Positions 6,459-13,916 of a DNA stretch of 15,377 bases are shown here, piece by piece. Made by a program: the position numbers and the translations under genes. Source of the stretch: an uncultured Candidatus Saccharibacteria bacterium (lineage in GTDB: Bacteria; Patescibacteriota; Minisyncoccia; UBA6257; JACRHW01). The stretch lies in the NCBI GenBank assembly GCA_964388055.1, contig CAYLXU010000007.1, forward strand, positions 13,661 through 29,037. Direction: 5' to 3'. Numbering within the stretch: the first letter of the stretch is position 1; each line of letters starts with the position of its first letter. Under the pieces are notes generated by a model that was given only the letters and a program-made list of their open reading frames with translations, was not told where the DNA came from and did not search any database.

Positions 6459-7679
6459 ATGAAACGAAACATCGCGTTTTTTTTAAGTGTATTTCTTCTA
6501 GCACTTTTTGCGCCAGCCTACGCGACTCCTGAAAATCTTTCCCAGGAAGGAACTCGACTCTTTATACCAAGAGAGCAAGTGGAAGCCCTCCTCCCTATCA
6601 AGTACCGTATTGAGGGGATCATACAAGGAGCAGAAGGGCTGACAGACAAGACAAACGCAAACAAAGCGGTTACACAACAACTTTCTCTTGCAAAAAATAT
6701 TCTTGGACGCGAAACAAATGTGAAAGAACTCCTGAATCTTCAACCACCCCCACCCCCTCAGCTTACCCCGCTTCAAAAGGCGGCAGGTTTTGTAACATTT
6801 GTAAACATCCTTTGGGTCTTTGCGATCTGTTTGCTCCTGATGAGTCTCTGGTATCTTATCCCACGATGGTTCGGGTGGGTAGTGCTCATTTTCCAAATGA
6901 TTCCTGCAGAACTCTACGAACTGCTTCTCTATGCCGCAAGTTTTGGACTTGTCCTCTACGGTGCACAGCTGGATCCAGAAATCGGACAGTATCTTGCCCT
7001 CACCGGATGCCTCTTCCTTATGGGATCACTCACTTTCACGACGTACCTACACGAACTTAAACTAAGCGGAACAGGGTTCTCCGGAATCCTCTTTATTGCA
7101 TGGGCGCTTGCAGCAGTGATTTGCAACAGTCCGCTTGTAGGATTTCTCGCTATCATGGCGCTTATGAGTGCACTTGGGTTCAGCATCATTGTTACACCCA
7201 TGTGTTATGGAATCGGTTTTGAAGAAGAGAGTTTTGTGGGAAGAGCAACCTCTGCAGCATTTATTGTACTTGGCATCTTCGTAGTTCTCCGCATTACAGG
7301 AGCCCAACTCCCCTACATAATGGTATTCGAAAAAGGAGCCCTCTTTATGGGAAGTTTTGTGGGATACCTCGGACTTCTTATTGCATCGTCCCGGTGGTTC
7401 ATGAACCGTAGTCCCGAAGGATACATCGGGTTCCAGCTTCTCACTATTCTTGCCGGAGTTGCAGCGCTCTTTGTAGGATCTACGTGGAACATCGCAGAAC
7501 TTCAAAAAATCGGTGGAACATTCTTCGTCCTATACCTGATCGAAAAAACAATGGAAATTCCGGTAGACAAAAAAGAGCACTACGCATACATCCTACTCTT
7601 TCTCTCACTCCTTATCTATGGGCTTTGTATGTTTATCAAAACACATTTTGATCTCGTCCGCCCATATCTGTTTATGTAA
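6459..7679 (+). CDS. Integral membrane protein of unknown function (406 aa). A signal peptide and a roughly 110-aa extracytoplasmic domain are followed by a PPPPP linker and about 9 TM helices.
   Basis: N-terminus MKRNIAFFLSVFLLALFAPAYA-TPE has a signal-peptidase-I-like AYA|T site. QPPPPPQLTP follows, then repeated hydrophobic segments to the C-terminus. A promoter, SD and terminator are all present. Confidence 0.75.
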   Translation: MKRNIAFFLSVFLLALFAPAYATPENLSQEGTRLFIPREQVEALLPIKYRIEGIIQGAEGLTDKTNANKAVTQQLSLAKNILGRETNVKELLNLQPPPPPQLTPLQKAAGFVTFVNILWVFAICLLLMSLWYLIPRWFGWVVLIFQMIPAELYELLLYAASFGLVLYGAQLDPEIGQYLALTGCLFLMGSLTFTTYLHELKLSGTGFSGILFIAWALAAVICNSPLVGFLAIMALMSALGFSIIVTPMCYGIGFEEESFVGRATSAAFIVLGIFVVLRITGAQLPYIMVFEKGALFMGSFVGYLGLLIASSRWFMNRSPEGYIGFQLLTILAGVAALFVGSTWNIAELQKIGGTFFVLYLIEKTMEIPVDKKEHYAYILLFLSLLIYGLCMFIKTHFDLVRPYLFM

Positions 7680-7724
7680 ACCCTCACCAAATACTCAGCC
7701 CAAAAACTGAGATCCAACGTAGCA

Positions 7725-7760
7725 AAAAAGAAATCCCCAAAGAATGGGGATTTTATTTTT
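7725..7760 (+). terminator. Intrinsic terminator for the membrane-protein gene.
   Basis: ATCCCCA-aagaa-TGGGGAT (7733-7751) followed by TTTTATTTTT. Confidence 0.65.
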
Positions 7761-7761
7761 G

Positions 7762-7788
7762 CACAAAAAAGAGGGGAATCCCCCTCAA
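7762..7788 (-). terminator. Intrinsic terminator for the flotillin gene (minus strand).
   Basis: Minus strand reads GAGGGG-gatt-CCCCTC followed by TTTTTTGTGC. The plus-strand stem is 7771-7786. Confidence 0.6.
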
Positions 7789-7793
7789 ATATT

Positions 7794-9575
7794 TTACTCT
7801 GTTGCAACTTCCTGCTCTTCTTTTTTCTTATCATCATCTTTTACAGACATGCCATCAAGTATCTCTGAAGTAACCCCAATCTTTTCAAGAAGGTTTCCAA
7901 AACCAAGCGCCTTGGCTTTTGCAATAACATTAAAAAACATTTCTGGCGTAAGGTTTGCAAACTTATTAAGAGCCCCGCTACCACTTCCGTTGCTGTTCCC
8001 ACCAAAGTCATACATCCGAATCGAATCAACGCTTGAAAGCGGAGCAGCCATCTGCCCAAACACGTTCGCGAGACCTTGAGGACCGAGCGCCTTCGCAAGA
8101 GCGTCGCCAAGAGATTCCGCGACACGTGGTGCAGCATCAAGCACCTGGAGAAGTTTACCTGTCTGATCAAGTTGCGCAAGCGCCTTAGCAAGTTGCTCTT
8201 TACCCTTCGCTTCAGCAAGAAGTTTCGCCTCTGCACCCTTCGCTTCAGCCATAAGCTCTGCTTCCTTACCCGTTGCATTCGCAACAAGCTCTGCTTCAAC
8301 ACCCGCTGCCGCAGCAAGACGCTTTGCCTTTTCACCATCAGCTTCTGCAGTAAGCCTTGCACGCGTTGCATCCGCATCACCCTGACCACGTTTTGCAGTT
8401 GCCTCTGCATCCGCCTCAGCCTTCGTCTTAATGGCTTGTGCCTGTTTTGCCGCAGCCTCAAATGCTGCCTCTGCCTGAATAATCTGTTTTGATTTTTCTG
8501 CCTCTGCGGAAATAACTTGAGTCTTGCGCTCTGCCTCGGCCTTAATAATGGCGGATTCCCGCTCTGCCTCGGCAGGTTTAATTACTTGGAATTGAAGTTC
8601 TTTTTCTACACGCAGGGTTTCCTGCTCCGCAAGACGAATCTTTGACTCAGTCTCAGCAGCAAGAGCCTCAACCCTCTTCTGTCGCACTTCCTTATCACGC
8701 TCAGCAGTTGCAATAGCACCAGCCTGCTCGGCAATGGCACGCTCACGATCCGTAAGTGCCTTAAACTGGGCAACTTGAACGTCGCGCTCCTTCTGAGCCT
8801 GTGCAACAGCAACTGCGTTCTGGGCAGCAACAAGTTCGGCCTCTTTCTTTGCGTTACTTGCAGCAATATCCGCATCACGCGTCGCCTCGGCTTCACCGAT
8901 CTGCGCATCTCGCTTTACCTCAGCGGTACGCCTCTTGCCCAATGATTCAATATATCCAGACGTATCTGAAATTTGCTGAATGGTAAGAATAGTAACGCGC
9001 ACACCAATCTTCAGAAGCTCAGTCTCTGCACCAGAAAGGACCGCCCTATTAAGAGACTCACGATTTCCAATAAGGTTTTCAATGGTGAGCGTGCCAAGAA
9101 TGGAGCGCAGCTGACCCTCAAGGTTTTCCCGAATAATGGTATTAATGTCTTCGTCCTTTTTCCCCTCAAAGGTTCGCACCGCCGCAATCAGAGTTGCCAT
9201 ATCGGATCCAATCACAACGGTCGCCGTACCTCTAGCATTTACCATAACTCCGCCCTCAGTAGGAATATCTTTCACCTCGAGTGGGATAAGACGCGCATCG
9301 AGACGCAGCTCCGAATAGTCCTCAAAAAATGGCCACACAAGAGCACCACCACCCGTAAGAAGTCGGAATCCCAACTCTTCTTTCTTTTTTGTCCCATCGG
9401 CGCCAGTCACCTCATATGTGTTTTTCCGACCATAAATGATACCAACCCTGCTTGGCGGTACTCGCTTATACCTACTCGTGGCATAACGCGCTGCGCTAAA
9501 AAGTGCCAAACAAACGAGAAGTGCACCAATAATCAATCCAAGATTTGACATAACTACCTTAAGAAGTTCCTCCAT
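7794..9575 (-). CDS. Flotillin (SPFH/band-7 domain protein, FloT/YuaG-like), 593 aa.
   Basis: An N-terminal TM helix is followed by an SPFH domain and a long alanine/glutamate-rich coiled coil with the AEAE(A/K) flotillin repeats (for example AEAEKSKQIIQAEAAFEAAAKQAQAIKTKAEADAEA). The tail is G/S-rich. SD GGAAGGAGA is upstream. The gene sits 4 nt downstream of nfeD. Confidence 0.9.
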   Translation of the reverse strand: MEELLKVVMSNLGLIIGALLVCLALFSAARYATSRYKRVPPSRVGIIYGRKNTYEVTGADGTKKKEELGFRLLTGGGALVWPFFEDYSELRLDARLIPLEVKDIPTEGGVMVNARGTATVVIGSDMATLIAAVRTFEGKKDEDINTIIRENLEGQLRSILGTLTIENLIGNRESLNRAVLSGAETELLKIGVRVTILTIQQISDTSGYIESLGKRRTAEVKRDAQIGEAEATRDADIAASNAKKEAELVAAQNAVAVAQAQKERDVQVAQFKALTDRERAIAEQAGAIATAERDKEVRQKRVEALAAETESKIRLAEQETLRVEKELQFQVIKPAEAERESAIIKAEAERKTQVISAEAEKSKQIIQAEAAFEAAAKQAQAIKTKAEADAEATAKRGQGDADATRARLTAEADGEKAKRLAAAAGVEAELVANATGKEAELMAEAKGAEAKLLAEAKGKEQLAKALAQLDQTGKLLQVLDAAPRVAESLGDALAKALGPQGLANVFGQMAAPLSSVDSIRMYDFGGNSNGSGSGALNKFANLTPEMFFNVIAKAKALGFGNLLEKIGVTSEILDGMSVKDDDKKKEEQEVATE

Positions 9576-9579
9576 GTTA

Positions 9580-10077
9580 TTAGCTCTCCTTCCTTTCTAC
9601 TAAGCAGACACCGCCGGTATCTGCCGTGACCCTTACCGGCGTTCCCGCCGGCAAAGTCTGACCACTTTGAGAACGAGCAACAAACTCTTGAGTACCTCCA
9701 GCAACGTCACACACAATCTTGCCCACACTATTGGAGGGAATCTCGATGGTCACAACCCCAAGCGTATTCAGAAGCCGCGAAGAGGTAACCATAGAATCAC
9801 CTTGCTGTTTACGCATCATCTGCATTAGGCCGAATGCCAAACACCAACACAAAACACCGATCCCAACACCACCAAGGGTGCTCATTCCAACAGGATAGCC
9901 ATTAACCTGCATAAGAGTGCCCACACCACCAAAACCGACAAGAAACCAAGAAACTGTAAAAACAGAAAAAATACCACCATCATGGCCATCGTGGCCGCCC
10001 ACATCGTGATCTCCAAACAGAACGGACACCAACATAAGTGCCACACCAATCACACCAGACACAAGAAATAACGCCAT
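9580..10077 (-). CDS. NfeD-like membrane protein (YuaF-like short form, about 165 aa), the upstream partner of flotillin.
   Basis: The ORF-track start at 10284 is rejected. The internal ATG at 10077 is preceded by AAGGAGGagaatgat. The protein (MALFLVSGVIGVALMLVSV...) has two or three TM helices, then a soluble C-terminal beta-rich domain (GKIVCDVAGGTQEFVARSQSGQTLPAGTPVRVTADTGGVCLVE). This is typical of NfeD OB-fold proteins encoded with SPFH genes. Confidence 0.7.
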   Translation of the reverse strand: MALFLVSGVIGVALMLVSVLFGDHDVGGHDGHDGGIFSVFTVSWFLVGFGGVGTLMQVNGYPVGMSTLGGVGIGVLCWCLAFGLMQMMRKQQGDSMVTSSRLLNTLGVVTIEIPSNSVGKIVCDVAGGTQEFVARSQSGQTLPAGTPVRVTADTGGVCLVERKES

Positions 10078-10109
10078 ATCATTCTCCTCCTTTCTTTTCA
10101 AGGAACATG

Positions 10110-10125
10110 TCGCCAAAATTGGCGA
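10110..10125. promoter_or_regulatory. Perfect 16-bp palindrome TCGCCAAAATTGGCGA in the nfeD 5' leader.
   Basis: Read directly. It lies between the putative minus-strand -35 (TTGACAA, rc of 10161-10167) and the nfeD SD. It may be an operator or a leader hairpin. Confidence 0.4.
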
Positions 10126-10159
10126 TCTAACCAAACAATTTCTTACACAAAGCACCAAC

Positions 10160-10190
10160 CTTGTCAATATATCTTGTTTTATTTTTATGG
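10160..10190. promoter_or_regulatory. Divergent promoter region. The plus strand reads TTGTCAAT and the minus strand reads TTGACAA over the same 8 bp (10161-10168).
   Basis: The minus-strand TTGACA has a 16-17-nt spacer to a weak TAAGAA. The plus-strand TTGTCA lies about 70 nt upstream of the GGAGGTGG SD of the small ORF. The same TTGTCAAT word occurs at 151-158 and 189-196, and TTGACAAT at 4011-4018. Confidence 0.35.
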
Positions 10191-10234
10191 TTATGGCATG
10201 ACTAATACAGAACCTTGAACGGAGGTGGTCAAAC

Positions 10235-10480
10235 TTGAATACAGACGACCCGCTTGCGTCGTTGATTCTCCGCATAAGGACCATTGTGCTGATTTTTATA
10301 GCATTGTATGTAGCGCTCTATATTATAAGACACCAAATTACTCCCGCAGCACCTCAACCTACGCAAGAGGTAAAAATCCAGGCAACGACACCTGTAACCG
10401 AATTGCAGAAGGAGCCGGTCCAAAAACAAAAACCAGAAAAAACACAAACACCAAAGAAACAAAAGAAAAACCCCAGATAG
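10235..10480 (+). CDS. Small single-TM protein with a K/Q/P-rich C-terminal tail (81 aa). TTG start.
   Basis: Strong SD GGAGGTGG lies 6 nt before the TTG. A TM segment TIVLIFIALYVALYII is present. The stop falls in the loop of a perfect terminator hairpin. Confidence 0.5.
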   Translation: MNTDDPLASLILRIRTIVLIFIALYVALYIIRHQITPAAPQPTQEVKIQATTPVTELQKEPVQKQKPEKTQTPKKQKKNPR

Positions 10481-10490
10481 GGGTTTTTAA
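10464..10490. terminator. Bidirectional intrinsic terminator between the small ORF (+) and dcd (-).
   Basis: AAAAACCCC-agata-GGGGTTTTT (stem 10471-10474 paired with 10480-10483). Confidence 0.7.
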
Positions 10491-10509
10491 TTATCCACTT
10501 CCCACCTTT

Positions 10510-11175
10510 CTATTTTCCTACTTCCCGGTCTTGATACAGTCGTGGGAGCATCATGTCTGGCTTCCACGACTTTTTGAGCTTTTCAAAATCCTTCACATTC
10601 TGATACTTTCCATCTGACGCATAATCCTTTGCTGCAATCTCCTTTACATCAAAAAAAATAATCTGCGCGATACGACGCCCGACCACAAGCGGAATAGTAT
10701 AGTGTCTGGAATTATTTGTAATCTCCATCGTCCAGCGATTTACATAACCAACGTCTCCCCATCCCGCACACTTACACACCTCTATAAAATTCCTTCCAAG
10801 CGACGAACGTGCCTTCATCATTGTGGTAATAGTGCCACGCCCACCAATAAACTCATTCGTGTGCCCAAGTATCGTCTCCCCTGGCTCCAAAAGGATGACC
10901 CTATCTTCGGGAGCGATCCCCTTAAAATCAAAGTGCTTTAACACCTTTGCTGCCTTCTCCGCCTTAAAATGTTCCTTACCCCATACACGTTCTACGTGTT
11001 CCTTATTATATATGTTATATAAATGCACATAATTGTCCGGCCTCCTCTCGCGGAAAAAATATTCACCAAGCGATACGTCATAACTTGATGTCTTTAAATT
11101 TTCGGTCTGGTAGGGATCAATAACAATGTTCCCTTGCTCAATTGCTTGTAAAATCGCTTTATCACCTAGAGTCAT
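10510..11175 (-). CDS. dcd: dCTP deaminase family protein (Dcd/dUTPase fold), 221 aa.
   Basis: The N-terminus is Dcd-like (TLGDKAILQAIEQGNIVIDP...SYDVSLG). The ARSSLGR and GW.D.GY segments are conserved. There is no SD. Confidence 0.75.
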   Translation of the reverse strand: MTLGDKAILQAIEQGNIVIDPYQTENLKTSSYDVSLGEYFFRERRPDNYVHLYNIYNKEHVERVWGKEHFKAEKAAKVLKHFDFKGIAPEDRVILLEPGETILGHTNEFIGGRGTITTMMKARSSLGRNFIEVCKCAGWGDVGYVNRWTMEITNNSRHYTIPLVVGRRIAQIIFFDVKEIAAKDYASDGKYQNVKDFEKLKKSWKPDMMLPRLYQDREVGK

Positions 11176-11281
11176 AATTGTAGAAAATAAAAATTAGTAA
11201 CCAAAACTCAGAAATTTGAGTGTATTTTTTTAGACCACCTTCTTAAGTAAGCTTATCGGGTTTAGCTCTTGTCAGAAAGAC

Positions 11282-11310
11282 TTGACATATGTATATATAT
11301 GTGATACACT
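11282..11310 (+). promoter_or_regulatory. Sigma70 promoter for the GC-rich ORF. TTGACA (11282-11287), 17-nt spacer, TACACT (11305-11310).
   Basis: The hexamers and spacer were read directly. SD GGGGG lies at 11328-11332 and the ATG at 11343. Confidence 0.55.
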
Positions 11311-11342
11311 GTAACTAGCACACTGAAAGGGGGTTTGCAGCA

Positions 11343-11702
11343 ATGCAGACTACCAACAACTTCAAAGACATCTTCGGCTTCGAGCCAGCAAAAACGCAGG
11401 CAGCCACGCCGATCGAGACCAGCATCGTGAACTCCAAGCTCGGTGAACTCCTCTGCACGTACGACGGCTTGCACGAGGAGAAGCAGGCGCTCGTGGAGAA
11501 GTACCACGACGGTATTCCCAAGGGCATCAGCATCGAGCAGGCGCTCAAGGACCGAGAGGTCGCGCTCGATCTCGAGAAGAGAACGCGTGAAGCCTGGAAC
11601 GCTTTCGAGGGCTCAGGAAGCATGGCCAAGTCCGCTGGATATGCCGTGGATGACACCAACAAGCTTCGAGAGGACAACAAGAAGGCCACCGTCAACGCGT
11701 AA
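11343..11702 (+). CDS. Hypothetical small acidic protein (119 aa). Its composition (about 60% GC) and codon usage are anomalous, so it is probably horizontally acquired.
   Basis: GC counted at 36/60 for 11401-11460, against 33-42% in sampled flanking genes. Third codon positions are C/G-rich (AAG, GAG, ATC, CTC, GGC, GAC). It has its own promoter, SD and terminator. Other-frame ORFs here are Arg/Ser-rich artefacts. Confidence 0.65.
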   Translation: MQTTNNFKDIFGFEPAKTQAATPIETSIVNSKLGELLCTYDGLHEEKQALVEKYHDGIPKGISIEQALKDREVALDLEKRTREAWNAFEGSGSMAKSAGYAVDDTNKLREDNKKATVNA

Positions 11703-11710
11703 GGCCGCAA

Positions 11711-11746
11711 AGGCAGGGTAACCAACCCCTGCTTTTTCTTTTTTAT
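11711..11746 (+). terminator. Intrinsic terminator of the GC-rich ORF.
   Basis: GCAGGG-taaccaac-CCCTGC (11713-11732) followed by TTTTTCTTTTTTAT. Confidence 0.65.
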
Positions 11747-11891
11747 TCAAACTAAAGCCTAAACAAAACTCTGGGTGTATGCCGAGATATCTTCCACACC
11801 TAAACAACCCCCTACCCCCATTTTCTACTTTATAGGGACGTGCTATCCTAAATCCAGTTCGTTTACAGTATAATAGGAGGAATAAAAACAC

Positions 11892-12713
11892 ATGCGACAA
11901 TATCTCGACCTCCTCAAAGACATTCTAGAAAATGGCGTAGACCGTCCGGATCGTACAGGGGTGGGAAGCAGGGCAGTCTTTGGAAGACAGATGAGATTTG
12001 CTATGGCGGATGGATTTCCGGCAGTAACCACTAAAAAGTTGGCGTTTAAGTTAGTTAAAGCAGAACTTCTGTGGTTCCTTAGTGGAAGTTCCGACGTAAA
12101 CAAGCTCCGTGAACTTGGTTGCACAATTTGGGACGAAAATGCAGAAGCGCCCTATTGGAAACCAAAAGCGCGGTTTGAGGGAGACTTGGGACGAGTATAT
12201 GGGGTACAGTGGCGCTCATGGCGAACCCCCTCAGGAACAGAAGTTGATCAAATCGCCCAACTCATTGACCGCATAAAAACAAATCCACACGACAGACGCC
12301 ACATTGTAAACGCTTGGAATCCTGGCGAGTTAGACCAAATGGCGCTTCCACCATGCCATGCCTTCTTTCAATGTTTTGTAGTAAATGACACCATCTCGCT
12401 TCAAATGTATCAACGAAGCTGCGATATGTTTTTAGGCGTACCATTCAACATTGCCTCTTATTCGCTCTTGCTTCACATGATTGCACAAGTAACCGGATTA
12501 AAAGCAGGGGAGTTTGTCCATACTCTTGGGGACGCACATATCTACCTTGACCACTTTGATCAGGTCAAAGAACAACTCACTCGGGAACCCCTACCACTTC
12601 CGCAACTCTGGCTTAATCCAGACATCAAAGACTTGCACAATTTCACAATGGACGACATTAAGCTTATTGGATATAAAAGCCATGAAGGTATTAAAGCCCG
12701 AATGGCGGTATAA
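11892..12713 (+). CDS. thyA: Thymidylate synthase ThyA (273 aa).
   Basis: Canonical ThyA sequence throughout: MRQYLDLLKDILENG..DRTG.G..FG.QMRF....GFP..TTKK. The active-site region LPPCHAFFQ and the segment MYQRSCDMFLGVPFNIASYSLL are present. SD AGGAGG lies 11 nt upstream. Confidence 0.95.
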   Translation: MRQYLDLLKDILENGVDRPDRTGVGSRAVFGRQMRFAMADGFPAVTTKKLAFKLVKAELLWFLSGSSDVNKLRELGCTIWDENAEAPYWKPKARFEGDLGRVYGVQWRSWRTPSGTEVDQIAQLIDRIKTNPHDRRHIVNAWNPGELDQMALPPCHAFFQCFVVNDTISLQMYQRSCDMFLGVPFNIASYSLLLHMIAQVTGLKAGEFVHTLGDAHIYLDHFDQVKEQLTREPLPLPQLWLNPDIKDLHNFTMDDIKLIGYKSHEGIKARMAV

Positions 12714-12788
12714 CCTCACCTAAAGGGGTATTAAAAATCCGAACCCTCCCACGCCGAGGCTTTGGGGGGTGAATAAGGAGGAAAAACG

Positions 12789-13298
12789 ATGATCACCATC
12801 TCACTCGTTGCAGCAATGGCACACAACCGCATCATTGGGAATAAAAATAAACTTCCATGGAAACTCCCTGCAGACATGAAGCGCTTCAAGGAACTCACGC
12901 GAGGAAAAATTGTCATCATGGGAAGAAAAACATTCGAGTCGATTGGAAAACCCCTCCCTAATAGAACAAACATTGTCATCACATCACAAGATATCGAAAT
13001 TCCAGGATGTATCGTATCACGTGGCGGTGACGGACCATGGCTACGGGCACTCATTGCCCACCTCGATGGAGCGCCGGAAGAAGTGATGGTAATCGGAGGC
13101 GCCTCTGTCTATCAACAATTTCTTCCCAAAGCAGATCGCATTTATCTCACCTATATTGATGCTGAATTTGAAGGCGATGCAACGTTCCCCATCTTTGAGA
13201 ATCCAAACGTATGGGAAGAAACCGAACGAATAACATACGAGCCAGATGAGCAAAACCTTTACCCCTACACCTTCCTCACCTTTGAAAAAAGAAAATGA
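12789..13298 (+). CDS. folA: Dihydrofolate reductase FolA (169 aa).
   Basis: Canonical DHFR N-terminus (ISLVAAMAHNRIIG..NKLPW.LPADMKRFKELT.GK.VIMGRKTFESIG.PLP.R.NIV.TS). SD AAGGAGG is upstream. The gene follows thyA after 75 nt, so co-transcription is likely. Confidence 0.95.
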   Translation: MITISLVAAMAHNRIIGNKNKLPWKLPADMKRFKELTRGKIVIMGRKTFESIGKPLPNRTNIVITSQDIEIPGCIVSRGGDGPWLRALIAHLDGAPEEVMVIGGASVYQQFLPKADRIYLTYIDAEFEGDATFPIFENPNVWEETERITYEPDEQNLYPYTFLTFEKRK

Positions 13299-13309
13299 TA
13301 AACAAAAAA

Positions 13310-13340
13310 CCAAAAAGCCGCCCACAGGCGGCCTTTTACT
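13310..13340 (+). terminator. Intrinsic terminator after folA.
   Basis: GCCGCC-caca-GGCGGC (13317-13332) followed by CTTTTACTT. Confidence 0.55.
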
Positions 13341-13412
13341 TGTCTACGGATGTATGACATATCATACATTTAGTTGATACTCTTTTTTCTTATTTCAATT
13401 TACAATAAAATT

Positions 13413-13889
13413 ATGAAAACATATTCGATTATGATTGGCGGAGTTGCGACCCTCATCACTCTTTTCATTGTTTTTGCGAGCAACACTGGAGATAGTACGT
13501 CACCACACACCGCTCAACAGTCCAAAGTCACAATCGGGTCAACAACCATTTCTGTTGAAATCGCACGCACGCCGCAGGAACGCGCACAGGGGTTGTCACA
13601 CCGCACATCCCTCGATGAAAACAGGGGAATGTTATTTTTATTTGAAAAACCAGATCTTTATGCGTTCTGGATGCCAAACATGAAATTTCCAATCGACATT
13701 ATTTGGATTGATACAAATAACACCATTGTCGATATACATGAAAATGTTCCCCCATTACAGAACGAACTTTACCCCACATATTATAAACCACAACATCCCG
13801 CGATTTCAGTTCTTGAAGTCAACGCGGGATTTGGAAAACGACACAACATCAAAACAGGAGACAAAATCATATTCAATGCTCCAAATTAA
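13413..13889 (+). CDS. DUF192-domain protein with an N-terminal signal anchor (about 158 aa from the ATG at 13413). The ORF track's TTG at 13374 is an alternative start.
   Basis: DUF192 hallmarks: TPQERAQGL, GMLFLF, FWMPNMKFPIDIIWID, VLEVNAGF, IKTGDKI. The hydrophobic N-terminus is IMIGGVATLITLFIVFA. Confidence 0.75.
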   Translation: MKTYSIMIGGVATLITLFIVFASNTGDSTSPHTAQQSKVTIGSTTISVEIARTPQERAQGLSHRTSLDENRGMLFLFEKPDLYAFWMPNMKFPIDIIWIDTNNTIVDIHENVPPLQNELYPTYYKPQHPAISVLEVNAGFGKRHNIKTGDKIIFNAPN

Positions 13890-13916
13890 AAAAACATGCA
13901 CGTGCATGTTTTTTAT
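13887..13916. terminator. Bidirectional intrinsic terminator between the convergent DUF192 gene and the small 2-TM ORF.
   Basis: AAAAAA-ACATGCACGTGCATGT-TTTTT. The perfect palindrome at 13893-13910 is flanked by A-runs and T-runs. Confidence 0.7.

Noticed and set aside
6304-7505. ORFs 6304-6504(-), 6498-6896(-), 6812-7060(+), 6956-7201(-), 7062-7505(-).
   Set aside because: They overlap the promoter or body of the 406-aa membrane-protein gene, which has full expression signals. Their translations are Cys/Arg-rich with no signals.
8150-8650. Short nucleotide repeats (gcttcagc, gcctctgc, cgctctgcctcggc).
   Set aside because: They lie inside the flotillin gene and encode its AEAEA-type coiled-coil repeats. 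This is coding periodicity, not an independent repeat element.
7841-9548. ORFs 7841-8461(-), 8076-8492(+), 8606-8908(-), 8801-8986(+), 8973-9548(+).
   Set aside because: All overlap the flotillin CDS in other frames. Their Arg/Leu/Cys-rich low-complexity translations are typical of shadow frames of an Ala/Glu-rich gene.
9580-10284. Full-length 234-aa version of the NfeD ORF.
   Set aside because: The first 69 codons lack an RBS and read through the promoter region. The internal ATG at 10077 has a perfect AAGGAGG and yields the expected short NfeD topology.
11315-11900. ORFs 11443-11721(+), 11315-11725(-), 11613-11900(-) in the GC-rich segment.
   Set aside because: Arg- or Ser-rich translations are typical of alternative frames in GC-rich DNA. 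Only the 11343-11702 frame has a promoter, SD and terminator.
12740-12775. GC-rich hairpin (CCCUCCC...GGGGGG with a G-U pair) between thyA and folA as an attenuator.
   Set aside because: Only about 6 bp with a wobble and a 13-nt loop, with no following T-run and no overlap with the SD. Too weak to call.
12731-13325. ORFs 12731-13054(-) and 13041-13325(-).
   Set aside because: They are antisense to folA and its terminator. folA is unambiguous.
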